Shown here in pieces: positions 1 through 11,696 of a stretch of DNA of 46,891 nucleotides (position 1 is its first letter; each line of letters opens with the position of its first letter). The stretch spans positions 1 to 46,891 of the forward strand of contig JAXLNO010000192.1 of the NCBI GenBank assembly GCA_038087875.1. The letters run 5' to 3'. Position numbers and translations under genes: made by a program. This DNA comes from Malacoraja senta (Eukaryota). The notes beneath the pieces are model-generated. The model worked only from the letters and a program-made list of their open reading frames with translations. It was not told the origin of the DNA and did no database searches.

Positions 1-483
1 GATTGTAGTGAAGGGCAGGACGGGCCAGCATTAAAACCATTCACACGTCACTGAGCAATCCACTCCCCATCAGAGGAGAATATGAATATTCATCCCAGTG
101 GTGGCTCCCTGCTCCAACCCTGTGTCAGGACTGGTGCTGAAGGATAGATTATAAATTATAAATGTCATGGCTGGCTTGAAAGGAGCCAGCAAGAGAGAGA
201 AGGCAGGAACGAGGCATTGTTTCAGGGAGTCTGTGTGGTGATGCCTGTGTGTAGACAGAGACCAACACTGGACAACGACCCCAGCCCCACCCATCCCCAC
301 ATGTCCACACCGGAGTGCCGGGAGGCTGATGCTCCACGTACATCTGTAGCTGGCAGGAGCAAGGCTACACAGGCAGGGACCGACCCTGGCCAGGCCGGCT
401 GACAGCTGCAGTCCCCGTGGCCATTGCCAGGTCAGCCCTTTCTTGCTGCAGCTTAACAGGTCCATTAACACCATAACTCAGTG

Positions 484-602
484 GAAGAAGGGTCTTGACC
501 TGAAACATCACCCATTCCTTCTCTCCAGAGAAGCTGCCTGTCCCGCTGAGTTACTCCACCACTTTGTGTCTATCTTCGGTTTAAACCAGCATCTGCAGTT
601 CC
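484..602 (+). mobile_element. Solo Penelope-like terminal-repeat (pLTR) fragment with degenerate hammerhead motif
   Basis: gaagaagggtcttgacctgaaacatcacc...gctgagttactcc...gcatctgcagttcc resembles the 3' end of the GIY-YIG element at 20056-20163. Confidence 0.7.
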
Positions 603-607
603 ATCCA

Positions 608-628
608 ACACACAACTATACACACACA

Positions 629-672
<44 letters not shown>
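608..672. repeat. (CA)n microsatellite
   Basis: Direct CA run with TA interruptions. Confidence 0.95.
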
Positions 673-741
673 ATCAAACAAATAATGGCCAGTTAGACTA
701 ATAATGAGAAAAAAGAGAGTGAGTATACTTGTCACCCCTCA

Positions 742-1150
742 TCAACATCGGCGGTCACTCGACACGAGTATGACTGTCCTCTCGTGGAGGACACCTGTGC
801 GTGACTTTGTTTAACGTGGGGAGACTGGTGCACAGACAGCCACCCCACGGTCCTTGACAGATCTGGGTCAGGATCCAGTGGCATGGAGTCCAAGGCGAAC
901 GGAGACCCTTTTCTGCTGCAGCCTTCATCCGCCTTCCCAGCCGTTGTGACGCTCCACTAAGGTCAGCCATCGTCTTCCGCCTGTTCCACCGTTGAGGTCT
1001 TGGTTGGATTGCTCTTTGTCAGAGACCTCCCCCTCGACCTTACCGCCATGGGTGGCCCTACCAGGAGCATAGCTCCAGACGGCATCGCTCTCAGGATCTC
1101 AGGACCACACAAGCTTCTCCACCACGACAAGGTGACAATCCACAGAGAGA
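742..1150 (-). mobile_element. Non-autonomous RTE-clade (Expander/BovB-like) bipartite retroelement
   Basis: Minus strand begins with RTE-type 5'UTR motifs (ccttgtcgtggtgg...gagctatgc...gtagggccaccc) and ends in gagtgaccgccgatgttgatg. Flanked by an 11/12 direct repeat, tgtcacccctca (730-741) / tgtcaccactca (1151-1162). Confidence 0.65.
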
Positions 1151-1366
1151 TGTCACCACTCACACACTTGCTCACTACTGGTTAAAAACTGGAATCTGTG
1201 CCTCACAAGGGTAAAGAATTAAACACCTGATCCTTGAAATTGTCAACAAGACACAGGTGAGACCAATAGTTGGCGCCAGGTACCATTGGGACCTGATGAT
1301 CATTAGTCTGGTGGAACAAGGAATGATGGATACAGCACCAAGGCTGAAGGATCTGGTGATAGTGCA

Positions 1367-1595
1367 GGGAGTGGGTGGGGTGGGGGAGAGTGGGTGGGGT
1401 GGGGGAGAGTGGGTGGGGTGGGGGAGAGTGGGTGGGGTGGGGGGAGTGGGTGGGGTGGGGGGGAGTGGGTGGGGTGGGGGGAGTGGGTGGGGTGGGGGAG
1501 AGTGGGTGGGGTGGGGGGGAGTGGGAGGGGAAGGGGGGAGTGGGTGGGGTGGGGGGGAGTGGGTGGGATGGGGGAGAGTGGGTGGGGTGGGGGGG
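1367..1595. repeat. G-rich minisatellite (about 18-20 bp, GGGAGTGGGTGGGGTGGG)
   Basis: Direct tandem repeats with dense G-runs. Confidence 0.9.
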
Positions 1596-1794
1596 AAAGA
1601 GATGAAGCTTGTTGGCATTGAACGATGGAACAGAAACGTTGACTGCAGCAAGTTGGGGGAAGTCTCCATCAGTAAATGACGCCCGGCTCGCTCGCTCGCT
1701 GCATCAACTGCGCAACTTTCACAACATAGGCAGCTACTGCGATGCTCGGATGCTGCTGGCTCCAGGCAGTCCAACATGCATGGACAAAGCAGAA

Positions 1795-2093
1795 TGGCTC
1801 AGTGGTGCAGCGGTAGAGTTGCTGCCTCACAGCACCAGAGACCCGGGTTTGATCCCGACTACGGGTGCTGTCTATACGGAGTTTGCACGTTCTCCCCGTG
1901 ACCTGCGTGGGGTTCTCTGGGTACTCTACTTCCCTCCCACACTCCAAAGACGTGCCGGGTTAATTGGCCTCGGTAAAATGGTCAATTGTCCCAAATGTGT
2001 GTGTGGGATAGTGTAAGTGTGCGGGGATTGCTGGTCGGCACGGGTCCGGTGGGCTGAAGGGCCTGTTTCCGTGTTGTATCTTCAAACTAAACT
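1795..2093 (+). mobile_element. tRNA-derived V-SINE (HE1-like)
   Basis: tRNA-like head (gtggtgcagcgg...gggtttgatccc), V-domain ggagtttgcacgttctccccgtg, LINE-type tail gggctgaagggcctgtttcc...aaactaaac. Confidence 0.85.
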
Positions 2094-2167
2094 TAATGTT
2101 AATGGAAATGCAGTGTTTGAGCCAGTGGTTGATGCCGACAGTGAACTTCATCCACGCAGAATCTCAG

Positions 2168-2545
2168 CATATGTCCAGCAACAACAAGGTGTATCTACCT
2201 GACATGACCAAGATCACACAAGGTGTATCTACCTGACATGACCAAGATCACACAGGTGTATCTACCTGACATGACCAAGATCAGCACAGGTGTATCTACC
2301 TGACATGAACAAGATCACGCAAGGTGTATCTACCTGACACGAACAAGATCACACAAGGTGTATCCACCTGACATGTCCAGCAACAACAAGGTGTATCTAC
2401 CTGACATGACCAAGATCACACAGGTGTATCTACCTGACATGACCAAGATCAGCACAGGTGTATCTACCTGACATGACCAAGATCACACAGGTGTATCTAC
2501 CTGACATGACCAAGATCACACAGGTGTATCTACCTGACATGACCA
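2168..2545. repeat. Minisatellite, about 32-bp unit (aggtgtatctacctgacatgaccaagatcacac), about 11 copies
   Basis: Direct tandem repeats without unique spacers. Confidence 0.9.
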
Positions 2546-2699
2546 TGCTGACACATACATTTCAAAGTGAACTTCAAATGGATTGTCCATGCATAAACAG
2601 ATGCATTTATCCTGCCCATAACTGGACACCTTAACATAGTCCCAGATGCTCCAGAGAAATAATCCAGGTTTGTTGTTTCCTTATAATAGGCTCCAACCG

Positions 2700-2835
2700 A
2701 GGCAACATCCAGGTGAGTCTCTTCTGCAAACTCTCCAAAGCCTCCATATCCTTCCTGTAACGTGGCGATCAGAACCACACACAGTGTTCCACATGTGCTC
2801 GAACCAAAATTAGAACAACTGCAACATGACTTGCC
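2700..2835 (-). mobile_element. Degraded CR1/L2-type LINE RT fragment
   Basis: tcttctgcaaactctccaaagcc...accacacacagtgttcc...acaactgc resembles the antisense of the LEYCVQFWSP...ALERVQRRF region. Confidence 0.5.
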
Positions 2836-3296
2836 AACTTTACATAACAGCTTTAGTTTCACTTGAAACCTCATGGGACAGATGTCCTGGAGTGTTGGAG
2901 TAACTCAGCGGGTCAGGCAGCATCTGTGGAGAAATGTATAGGTGTATAGTTTTGGGTTGGGACCCTTCTTTGGACATTCAATACGTCTTACAGCTTTGTG
3001 ACTCAAATTCTTCAATGATATTAAAAGGACATATTAATATAGAGCATTTTATAACCTCAACATCATCTCTCAAAGTGCTCCTATTTATACACACCAGGAG
3101 AATCTGTTTGCGTAATGTCCGTGGGATGAATGGTCAGGACATCATGAAGGACATTGGACTTCAGAGACTGCCACTGGTTTACATCCACCTGTCAGAACAT
3201 GGACCACCTCATTTCACAGTAAAGCACGGCCACAGCAAGGTGTCACACGTGACTGTCCGCTCAGACCAGTGGTGAGGCCAGAGCGTTGGTACACAG

Positions 3297-3653
3297 AGAA
3301 ACATAGAAAATAGGTGCAGCTGCCATTCAGCCATCCAATGTGATCATGGCTGATCATCCACAATCAGTACCCCGTTCCTGCTTTCTCCCCATCTCCCTTG
3401 ATTCCGTTAGCCCTCGGAGCTAAATCTCTCTTCAAAACATCCAGCGAATTAGCCTCCACTGCCTTCTGTGGCAGAGAATTCCACAGATTCACAACTCTCT
3501 GGGTGAAAAAGTTTTTCCTCATCTCAGTCCTAAATGGCTGACCCCTTATTCTTAAACTGTGACCCCTGGTTCTGGACTCCCCCAACATCGGGAACATTTT
3601 CCTGCATCGAGCCTGTCCAATCCCTTCAGAATTTTATATGTTTCTATAAGATC
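3297..3653 (-). mobile_element. CR1 LINE 3' fragment
   Basis: ORF 3364-3597 (FPMLGESRTRGHSL...RVVNLWNSLP...GTGY*) matches the ORF2 C-terminus at about 29520-29772, followed by the 3' tail. Confidence 0.9.
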
Positions 3654-3746
3654 ACAGCCGGCGTTACTGATAAACCTGGTGCAATGTACAAAAAACCTGG
3701 TGTCTCTCTCACCTGGAGCCAGTGAGATTCAGACTTGTAAACCTGT

Positions 3747-3925
3747 CCAAGTACCGCACTGTACACTCACTCACAGACCAAGTACTGTACTGTACACTCA
3801 CTCACGGTCCAAGTACAGTACTGTACACTCACTCACAGTCCATACACTGTATTGTACACTCACTCACACACCAAGTACCATACTGTACATTCACTCATAC
3901 ACCAAGTACTGTACTGTACACTCAA
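3747..3925. repeat. Minisatellite, about 31-bp unit (ccaagtactgtactgtacactcactcaca), about 6 copies
   Basis: Direct tandem repeats. Confidence 0.85.
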
Positions 3926-4491
3926 AGCTGCCAACCAAATCATCCCTCACAGCATCTTACTCATAAATTCCAAAACGGATCTATTCAGCTTTCAAACGTG
4001 GGTGCATAATTACAAAGATCATGTCTTCGTCATGAGTGGATCGCTGACTCAGCACATTCCCTCGTTTACCAAGCTTCTTGTTCCCCACTGTACAGTGGCT
4101 GCATCTTGGACTGTGCAACGGTCATCAACACAGTGCTGAGAGGCAGATGCAGGCAAGTGACCAACATCTGTGGCTGGCAGAGGCAAGGCTGCTTCGGGAA
4201 TGTGGCCAGGCCATCTGACAGCTGCATCTCGTGTGGCTATCGCCAAGTCAGCACTTTCATCCCCAGCTTCAGCGAAACTGAGAATTCCCCTCCTGGTGTA
4301 AATAACGTTCTATCGGATGGTATCGAATAGAAATTATTGAGGGATTCCTTCTGCCAAGATGAGAGAATGCTTTTACATTTCTTGGGGCAGTAGATTATAT
4401 GAAATTATCTCTGGGAATTCTACCTCTGTTCCTCTGGAGTGCTGCCCCTCTCAGCCCTGCTTTGTCCCAGAGGATCGCTCCGTTAGAAAAT

Positions 4492-4861
4492 GGGACCTCA
4501 TTGAAACATACAGAATAGTGAAAGGCTTGGATAGAGTGTTTGTTTCCACTAGTGAGAGAGTCTAGGACTAGAGGTCACAGCCTCAGAATTAAAGGATATT
4601 CTTTTAGGAAGGAGATGAGGAGGAATTTCTTTAGTCAGAGGGTGGTGAATCTGTGGAATTCTTTGCCGCAGAAGGCTGTGGAGGCCAAGTCTGTGATATT
4701 TTAAGGCAGAGATAGATAGAATCTTGATTAGTACGTGTGTCAGAGGTTATGGGGAGAAGGCAGGAGAATGGGGTTAGGAGGGAGAGATAGATCAGCCATG
4801 ATTGAATGGTGGAGTAGGCTTGATGGGCCGAATGGCCTAATTATACTCCTATTCCTTATGA
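4492..4861 (+). mobile_element. CR1 LINE 3' fragment (second subfamily)
   Basis: gacctcattgaaacatacag...gtggtgaatctgtggaattc...gggccgaatggcctaatt; same subfamily as 10408-11046 and 45683-46152. Confidence 0.9.
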
Positions 4862-5228
4862 ATGGGGGGACGAAAGAAATGGAGGAGTTACTAGAAATTC
4901 GGCTCCTGGTCACCTGTGCATCAGTGTACACTCTGTCATGGACAAGTCAGGTTAGAGACTGGCTAAACACACAGACTGGAGGAGCAGGCACACCACATGG
5001 TTTATGTCGAGCAATAATTGCGCTGAATTATTTGCTCAGCCAAATGTTTCCTATTATTCCAAAGGGGATGGTGAGAGAATGTTTAGGACTTGACTGAAAA
5101 AGACGGGTTCCAGACACGGTCGGTACGATTGGAGCCGAGTAATTATATAAAATAATGTTTAATAAGAACAGTGATCTTCATTTTGTAACAGTCAGTTTGC
5201 AATCCTCTGTCCAAAACTGTAAACACAG

Positions 5229-5323
5229 ACTGAAGACGGGTCCCGACCCGAAACGTCGCCCATTCCTTCTCTCCAGAGATGCTGCCTGTCCCGCTGAGTT
5301 ACTCCAGCATCTTGTGTCTATCT
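5229..5323 (+). mobile_element. Solo PLE pLTR fragment with hammerhead core
   Basis: CTGAAGA c GGGT cccg ACCC GAAA cg TC at 5230-5257, followed by pLTR sequence. Confidence 0.75.
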
Positions 5324-5411
5324 TAGTGTTGTTCAGTGTTTGTTAGTGACAGTACACAGTGCCACAGTTCACTGGCATCTCTCAAACCTTAAACACTCGA
5401 CTTTCACAGTG

Positions 5412-5969
5412 ATAGACAATAGACAAAGGGTGCAGGAATAGGCCATTCAGCCCTTCGAGCCAGCACCACCATTCAATGTGATCATGGCTGATCATTCCCA
5501 ATCAGTACCCCGTTCCTGCCTTCTCCCCATATCCCCTGACTCCACTATCTTTAAGAGCCCTATCTAGCTCTCTTGAAAGTATCCAGAGAACCGGCCTCCA
5601 CCGCCCTTTGAGGCAGAGAATTCCACAGACTCACAACTCTCTGTGAGAAAAAGTGTTTCCTCGTCTCCGTTCTAAATGGCTTACCGCTTATTCTTAAACT
5701 GTGGCCCCTGGTTCTGGACTCCCCCAACATCGGGAACATGTTTCCTGCCTCTAGCGTGTCCAAACCCTTAATAATCTAATATGATTCAATAAGATGCCCT
5801 CTCATCCTTCTAAACTCCAGAGTATACAAGCCCAGCCGCTCCATTCTCTCAGCATATGACAGTCCCGCCATCCCGGGAATTAACCTTGTAAACCTACGCT
5901 GCACTCCCTCAATAGCAAGAATGTCCTTCCTCAAATTAGGGGACCAAAACTGCACACAATACTCCAGGT
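5412..5969 (-). mobile_element. CR1 LINE 3' fragment
   Basis: ORF 5560-5763 encodes the CR1 ORF2 C-terminus; (ctattgt)n tail in antisense. Confidence 0.9.
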
Positions 5970-6825
5970 ATTACAATATTATTTTTTCTACTGTTCAATT
6001 TTAAATGATCAGTTTTATGACACCGAGGTTACTAAACTGACGAAAGGCCACATTGATGTAATAAATTGTTGATGTATGTAGATTCATTTTTAATTGCTAC
6101 CTCTCTGTCTATTAAAAGACTGCTGGTATTTCTTGGTAAACGCTGCTGCATTTCCTTCCTCACAGTCGCTGATTGTGTAGTTGTGTCATAATTAGATCTA
6201 AAGGGTGTTTTTATTTTTGACAACGTGGAATTGGCTGCAGCATGGAGAATATCTTCACACGCCCTCAGCAAAAAGATCACAGCAATAACGCACTGACTGA
6301 CCCAGCCGAGATCACCACCACTGCCGTGTGTGAGGCTGGTGTGGCACAGTAGATAAAGTAGAGAATGACAAGAATGGGTGAGGACCAAAAACTGCCCCAC
6401 CCCATAAACGTGATGCCCCATAACGCCTGTGCTCACACACACACTGACTCAAGTACAAGTGCAAATACATGTCTTTGTGGGCAGTGGGCAAATGCTGACA
6501 TGCTGAACATGCTTCAGATGTGGCTGGGAACTGGCACAGGTGGATTCAGAGCTGCAAGTCACCCAACCCTACCCACACTCAGCCTGGGGGCCCGGACCCC
6601 ACCATCAGCATTCACAATCTCAAACACACCGCAACAAGGGAATATGGGTGGCAGTTGAAGAGTTACCTTTGCACCGCTCTAGAAATTTATCTTCAGGTGG
6701 AAGTGGTTTTCAGAGATAATCGACATTGAGAACGGATCCAATTAGCGACCGTCTAACTGGACAACCTCTGGCTGCAGATTGATGTCAAAGAATCAAGGAA
6801 GTCCAGTAGAGAAGGTACTCCAATC

Positions 6826-6935
6826 TCCCAGGTGTAGAGTTCACCTGAACCTCCAGGTGTAAAATTCACCTGAACCAGGTGTAGAGTTCACCTGAACCTC
6901 CAGGTGTGTAGGACACCTGAATCTCCTAGGTGTAG
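6826..6935. repeat. Short tandem repeat, about 25-bp unit (ctccaggtgtagagttcacctgaac), about 4-5 copies
   Basis: Direct tandem repeats. Confidence 0.8.
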
Positions 6936-6942
6936 AGGACAA

Positions 6943-7246
6943 TGTTTGGTAAACATTTGGGCAGGTACATGGATGGGACGGGTTTAGCGGGACATGGGTC
7001 AAACGCAGGTGGGTGGGACTGTTGTAGCTGAGGGATGTTGGCCAGCGTGGGCAAGTTGGGCCGAAGGGCCTATTTCCACATTGTATCACTATGTGACTAT
7101 AATGTTTAAGAGACATTTAGACAGGTATATGGATGGATAGGATAGGTTTAGAGGGATATGGGCAGGTGGGACAGGTGTAGATGGGACATGTTGGCCAGTG
7201 TGGGCAAGTTGGGCCGAAGGGCCTGTTTCCACACTGCATCACTCTG
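6943..7246 (+). mobile_element. Two tandem LINE 3' tails (family sharing the SINE-type tail)
   Basis: Two copies of acattt...caggta.atggat...gggcaagttgggccgaagggcct.tttccaca. Confidence 0.7.
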
Positions 7247-7712
7247 ATACCTGAATCTCCTCACCAGTAGCAACAAGGCTGTAGAACATATCATGCTGAC
7301 AAGCAATGATGGAACTTATCTCACTGCCCGCTGGTTTTGTACAATAACGCCGTCTCTCAAGGTATGCTTTCCAAAAAAGAGTTTCCCTGCATATCTCCAT
7401 CAAGATGCTGAGCATAACAATTCATTGTGGGTGACACAAATCCTACTGTGTTATTGCGATAAGGAAGTCTTCTAGCATTGCTTCAAAGTTAATACCTTCA
7501 CACGGCAATAAGGGAAAACGGCAGAAGCATGTACATGCACAGATCATGGAATACATTATACCTGAACACCTTACTGATGGAGTTTAATACTTTGTTGATG
7601 AAATAGAGGTGCAACTAAACTGTGACAGATTATTTAAAGTACCAACTAAATGATAAACTTGCATGGTTCCTGCTTCACTTTCAAAATGCCATTTGTCACT
7701 GTAGCTTAACCA

Positions 7713-7878
7713 TTTAGTTTAGAGATAGTGTGGAAACAGACCCTTCAGCCCATCGAGTCTGGGCCGACCAGCGATCCCCACACACTAACACACAAGGGAC
7801 AATTCACTATCTTACTGAAACCAATTAACCTTCAAACATGTATGACTTTGGAGAGTGGGAGGAAACCGGAGCACCCGG
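7713..7878 (-). mobile_element. HE1-like SINE, 3' portion
   Basis: ttagtttagagatag...aaacagacccttcagccc...ttggagagtgggaggaaaccggag. Confidence 0.75.
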
Positions 7879-7879
7879 G

Positions 7880-8095
7880 TAGTTCCTGCCACTACCCTTG
7901 CTCACACTCACCCCCGCGCTGCCCCTGCTCACACTCACACCTGCCACTACCCCTGCTCACACTCACCCCCGACACTGCCCCTGCTCACACTTACCACCCT
8001 TGCACACACTCACACTCATTCCTGCCACCACCCTTGCTCACACTCACACTTGCTGCCACACTTGCTGCCCCACTTGTTGCCACACTTGCTGCCAC
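7880..8095. repeat. Degenerate C-rich tandem repeat (cttgctcacactcacac / cacacttgctgc)
   Basis: Direct degenerate repeats. Confidence 0.75.
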
Positions 8096-8516
8096 ACGGA
8101 CAAGGCCATTTTGAAGCTTTATGAATATTCTCACCGAGACCTGCAGGACATTTATATTTGATGACTTTTATGGAATAGAAGTGTGACATTAAACATGAAC
8201 GCATGTCTGTGTCTAATGCTGCCAGCACACATCACTGAGGGTTACATGACTTGCAAGTTAATGTTGATAATTACAGATAAAGTGCACAAGTTGACTCCTC
8301 TTGCACCCGTGTCTGTTTGCCAATCTCTGTCTATTTTTAATTGCAGGTCGACTCCAACGAGACCTGAATGCTGAATGTAAAGAGCCGGCAGCAGAGTGGT
8401 GGAGAACGGAGAAACACATCCTCCTCTGGAAAACTCCCACCAATCTGTAGCCTCACATCAAAACCTAAAACGGGAACGGCATCCTGGTTCCGTAGCGAGG
8501 TCCTGGGATGAAGAAC

Positions 8517-8662
8517 TTGATTAGTGCGGGTGTCAGGGGTTATGGGGAGAAGGCAGGAGAATGGGGTTAGGAGGGAGAGATAGATCAACCATGATTGAAT
8601 GGCGGAGTAGACTTGATGGGCCAAATGGCCTAATTCTGCTCCTATCATTTATGACCTAATGA
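8517..8662 (+). mobile_element. CR1 3' tail
   Basis: ggttatggggagaaggcagg...ggcctaattctgctcctatcatttatgacc. Confidence 0.85.
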
Positions 8663-8784
8663 ACTTGGGTGGAAGCTGGGATTGGAGGAAAAGTTAGGAA
8701 GTGATTGAGCCAACGTGCCGTGAGAACGTGCCCCTAATGGCAGGGAACAGGAGGTCATTTTAAAACAGGAAAGCCTTGAAGAAA

Positions 8785-8838
8785 GGTACACAAAAATGCT
8801 GGAGAAACTCAGTGGGTGCAGCAGCATCTATGGAGCAC
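8785..8838 (-). mobile_element. 54-bp PLE pLTR fragment with 14-bp TSD
   Basis: aagccttgaagaaa at 8771-8784 and 8839-8852 flanks ggtacacaaaaatgctggagaaactcag...gcagcatctatggag. Confidence 0.75.
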
Positions 8839-8943
8839 AAGCCTTGAAGAAAAGCATTTTCTGTGAACAATCCTGACCTGGAATTCCTGCCCTGGATGAA
8901 TGTGGAAATATATTCAACTTCCAAAAGGAAATTTCAAAGAGAT

Positions 8944-9650
8944 CAGAGATGATTCACAAGGATGTTGCCGGGACTCGAGGGCCTGAGCTATCGGGAGAGA
9001 TTGGGTAGGCTAGGACTCGGGAGGCTGAACTGTGATCTTATAGAGGTGTATAAGGTCACGAGGGAATAGATAAGATGAAAGTACAGAGGCTTTAACCCAC
9101 AGAGTAAGAGAAACAAGAATTCAAGGGCGGAGGTTTTAATAAAAACAGGAAGGGCTGTTGGACAAAGTTATTGATGCAGGTTCAATAACAACATTGTGGC
9201 AGTCATGGTGGCACAGCGGTAGTCGCTGCCTTTGAGCGAATGCAGCGCTGGAGACCCGGGTTCCATCCCGACTACGGGTGCTGTCTGTACGGAGTTTGTA
9301 CGTTCTCCCCGTGACCTGCATGGGTTGCCTCACACACTCCAAAGATGTACAGGTTTGTAGGTTAATTGGCTTAATAAATGTAAAAATTGTCCCTAGTGGG
9401 TGTAGGATGGTGTTAATGTGCTGGGATCGCTGGTCGGCACAGACTCGGTGGGCCGAAGGGCCTGTTTCCGCTCTGTATCTCTAAACTGAGTTTAACAGAC
9501 ATTTGGACGGTACATAGATACATGGTTCAGGGAAGGGTTAGAGGGACATGGGCCTAACGCAGGCATGTGGGACTAGCTCGGTTCAGCAACTTGGTTAGCA
9601 TGGACAGGTTGGGCCGAAGGGCCAGTTTCTGCGCTGTTTGACTATATGAC
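8944..9650 (+). mobile_element. Degraded CR1-type LINE 3' fragment interrupted by a SINE
   Basis: agatgattcacaaggatgttgccggg...gatcttatagaggtgtataag...; resumes after 9490 with agacatttggac...gggccgaagggcc. Confidence 0.65.
9197..9489 (+). mobile_element. HE1-like V-SINE
   Basis: A-box ggtggcacagcgg, B-box-like gggttccatccc, V-domain, tail ...tgtatctctaaact. Confidence 0.85.
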
Positions 9651-9782
9651 TGATTGTCATCGTCTTCTATACCCATTGAAAGATGACTTACTCCATCCAC
9701 TAATACAGACCCAATATACACTGCTGCAGTTATGTTCCTGCACCTGCGATTATTCAGTGACTCCTCAAACTACTGCCGTTTC

Positions 9783-9915
9783 ATAGAAACATAGACAATA
9801 GGTGCAGGAGTAGGCCATTCGGCCCTTCGAGCCAGCACCGCCATTCAATGTGATCATGGCTGATCATCCACAATCAGTGCCCCGTTCCTGCCTTCTCCCC
9901 ATATCCCTTGATTCC
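9783..9915 (-). mobile_element. CR1 3' tail
   Basis: catagaaacatagacaataggtgcaggagtaggccattcggccc... Confidence 0.85.
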
Positions 9916-10407
9916 ACTTCCATTTCCAATCACATCTGTTTGCTGGTTCAGTGCGATTCATGGAGTGATTTATTAGAATTCAGCTTCTGAAATCTGCGAT
10001 CTACTTTAGTCTCGATTATGAATTTTGTATTCCTTATATCAGGAGAATGTTTTAATCTCTGGTTCCAGCTTCTCACAGCAGGGCCTGCGCTGACGGAGTA
10101 CGGGTGAACAATTTGGAAGTTCAATTTCCACGCTGAAGGAATTAAAACACATGCTGAGCATTTGCCAGGACCCAGTGATTTACGCTGACTCGTTATCCCA
10201 CACTCAGAGACGGTTAAACAAGGCCGGCTGGAGGGGAAAGCCCGAGCGATAGTGAAGGACAAGTCTGGGGATGGTCCTTCCTGTCTGCACTCACTCGCCA
10301 GGGGAAGCAAACAAGGTCCACGTGGTGGAGAGAAGACACAGGGAGCATGCGCTCCGAGCTGTGTCCAATGTGTCAGGACAGGGGGTGGACACAGGAACAA
10401 ATACACA

Positions 10408-11046
10408 GAGGTTAACCTCTGATGAACGTTTGTTGGCACTGGAATACAAAAACAGGGATGCCACGCTGAGGCTCTACAAGGCACTGGTCAGGCCCCATTA
10501 CTGTGAGCAAATCTGGGCCCCATATCTGAGGGAGGATGTGCTGGCTCTGGAGAGGGTCCAGAGGAGGTTTACAAGAATGATCCCAGAGTGGGTTAACCTA
10601 TGATGAGCGTTTGACAGCACTGGGCCTGAACTCGCTGGAGTTCAGAAGGAAGAGGGGACCTCATTGAAACATACAGAATAGTGAAAGGCCTGGATAGAGT
10701 GGATGTGGAGAGGATGTTTCCACTAGTGGCAGAGTCTAGGACTAGAGGTCACAGCCTCAGAATTAAAGGACGTTACTTTAGGAAGGAGATGAGGAGGAAT
10801 TTATTTTGTCAGAGGGTGGTGAATCTGTGGAATTATTTGCCACAGAAGGCTGTGGAGGCCAAGTCAATGGATATATTTAAGGCAGAGGTAGATAGATTCT
10901 TGATTAGTACGGTTGTCAGGGGTTATGATGAGAAGGCAGGAGAATGGGGTTAGGAGGGAGAGATAGATCAGCCATGATTGAATGGTGGAGTAGACTTGAT
11001 GGGCCGAATGGCCTAATTCTGCTCCTATCACTTGTGACCTTATGAC
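10408..11046 (+). mobile_element. CR1 LINE 3' fragment (frameshifted)
   Basis: ORFs 10271-10603 and 10681-10953 give LYKALVRPH...ERVQRRFTRMIP and RVVNLWN.LP; 3' tail present. Confidence 0.9.
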
Positions 11047-11134
11047 ACACGCACAGCAAGATGGCGCCCAGCCCAGGCGACTATTAACGTGCGAGCCACA
11101 TATTACAATCGCCCCACACTCTACAATCACTACT

Positions 11135-11246
11135 TATACACTGTAAACAGCTCGATTATAACCACCTCTTGTCTTTCCGCTGACTGGTTAGCACGCAACT
11201 AAAGCTTTTCACTGTACCTCGTTACACGTAACAATAAACTACAACT
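11135..11246 (+). mobile_element. Rex1/Babar 3'UTR fragment
   Basis: tgtctttccgctgactggttagcacgcaac...gtacctcg...caataaact matches 31440-31515. Confidence 0.75.
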
Positions 11247-11696
11247 GTAGAATTGTAGCCTAGGAACTTCTCAGACATTTGTTATCATTTCCCTTTCATA
11301 TTGGAGCCACTCTGCCCCTCGATTTGATGCTGGCTCTCGGACAATCGTACACCTCCACTTACTTCCCTGCAACACATTTTCTTTCCCATAATTTCATCCT
11401 AATGCCGGTGAAAATTTTTGAGACGCAACTAAGCTCCCAAATCAGCATGTTTTGAGGATGTGGGGATGAAACCAGAAGAGGCAGGAGCAACGTGCAAACT
11501 CCACACAAACAACACCCATGGTCAGGACCAAACACAGCTCATGGGGTCGGAGCAGCAGCAGCACTACCTGCTGTGGCACCCTGCACCAACCACCTGCCTC
11601 ACTTTACAGAGCGACTTGGACATAGATCCTCTGGAGTCCCCACCCTCTCCAACGCCTCTCATGACTTCACTCTTCCCAGCGACCAACCGTTAAATG

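Noticed and set aside
1175..1777. Pro/His-rich and Gly-rich ORFs (also 13903-14304)
   Set aside because: Low-complexity G/C tracts.
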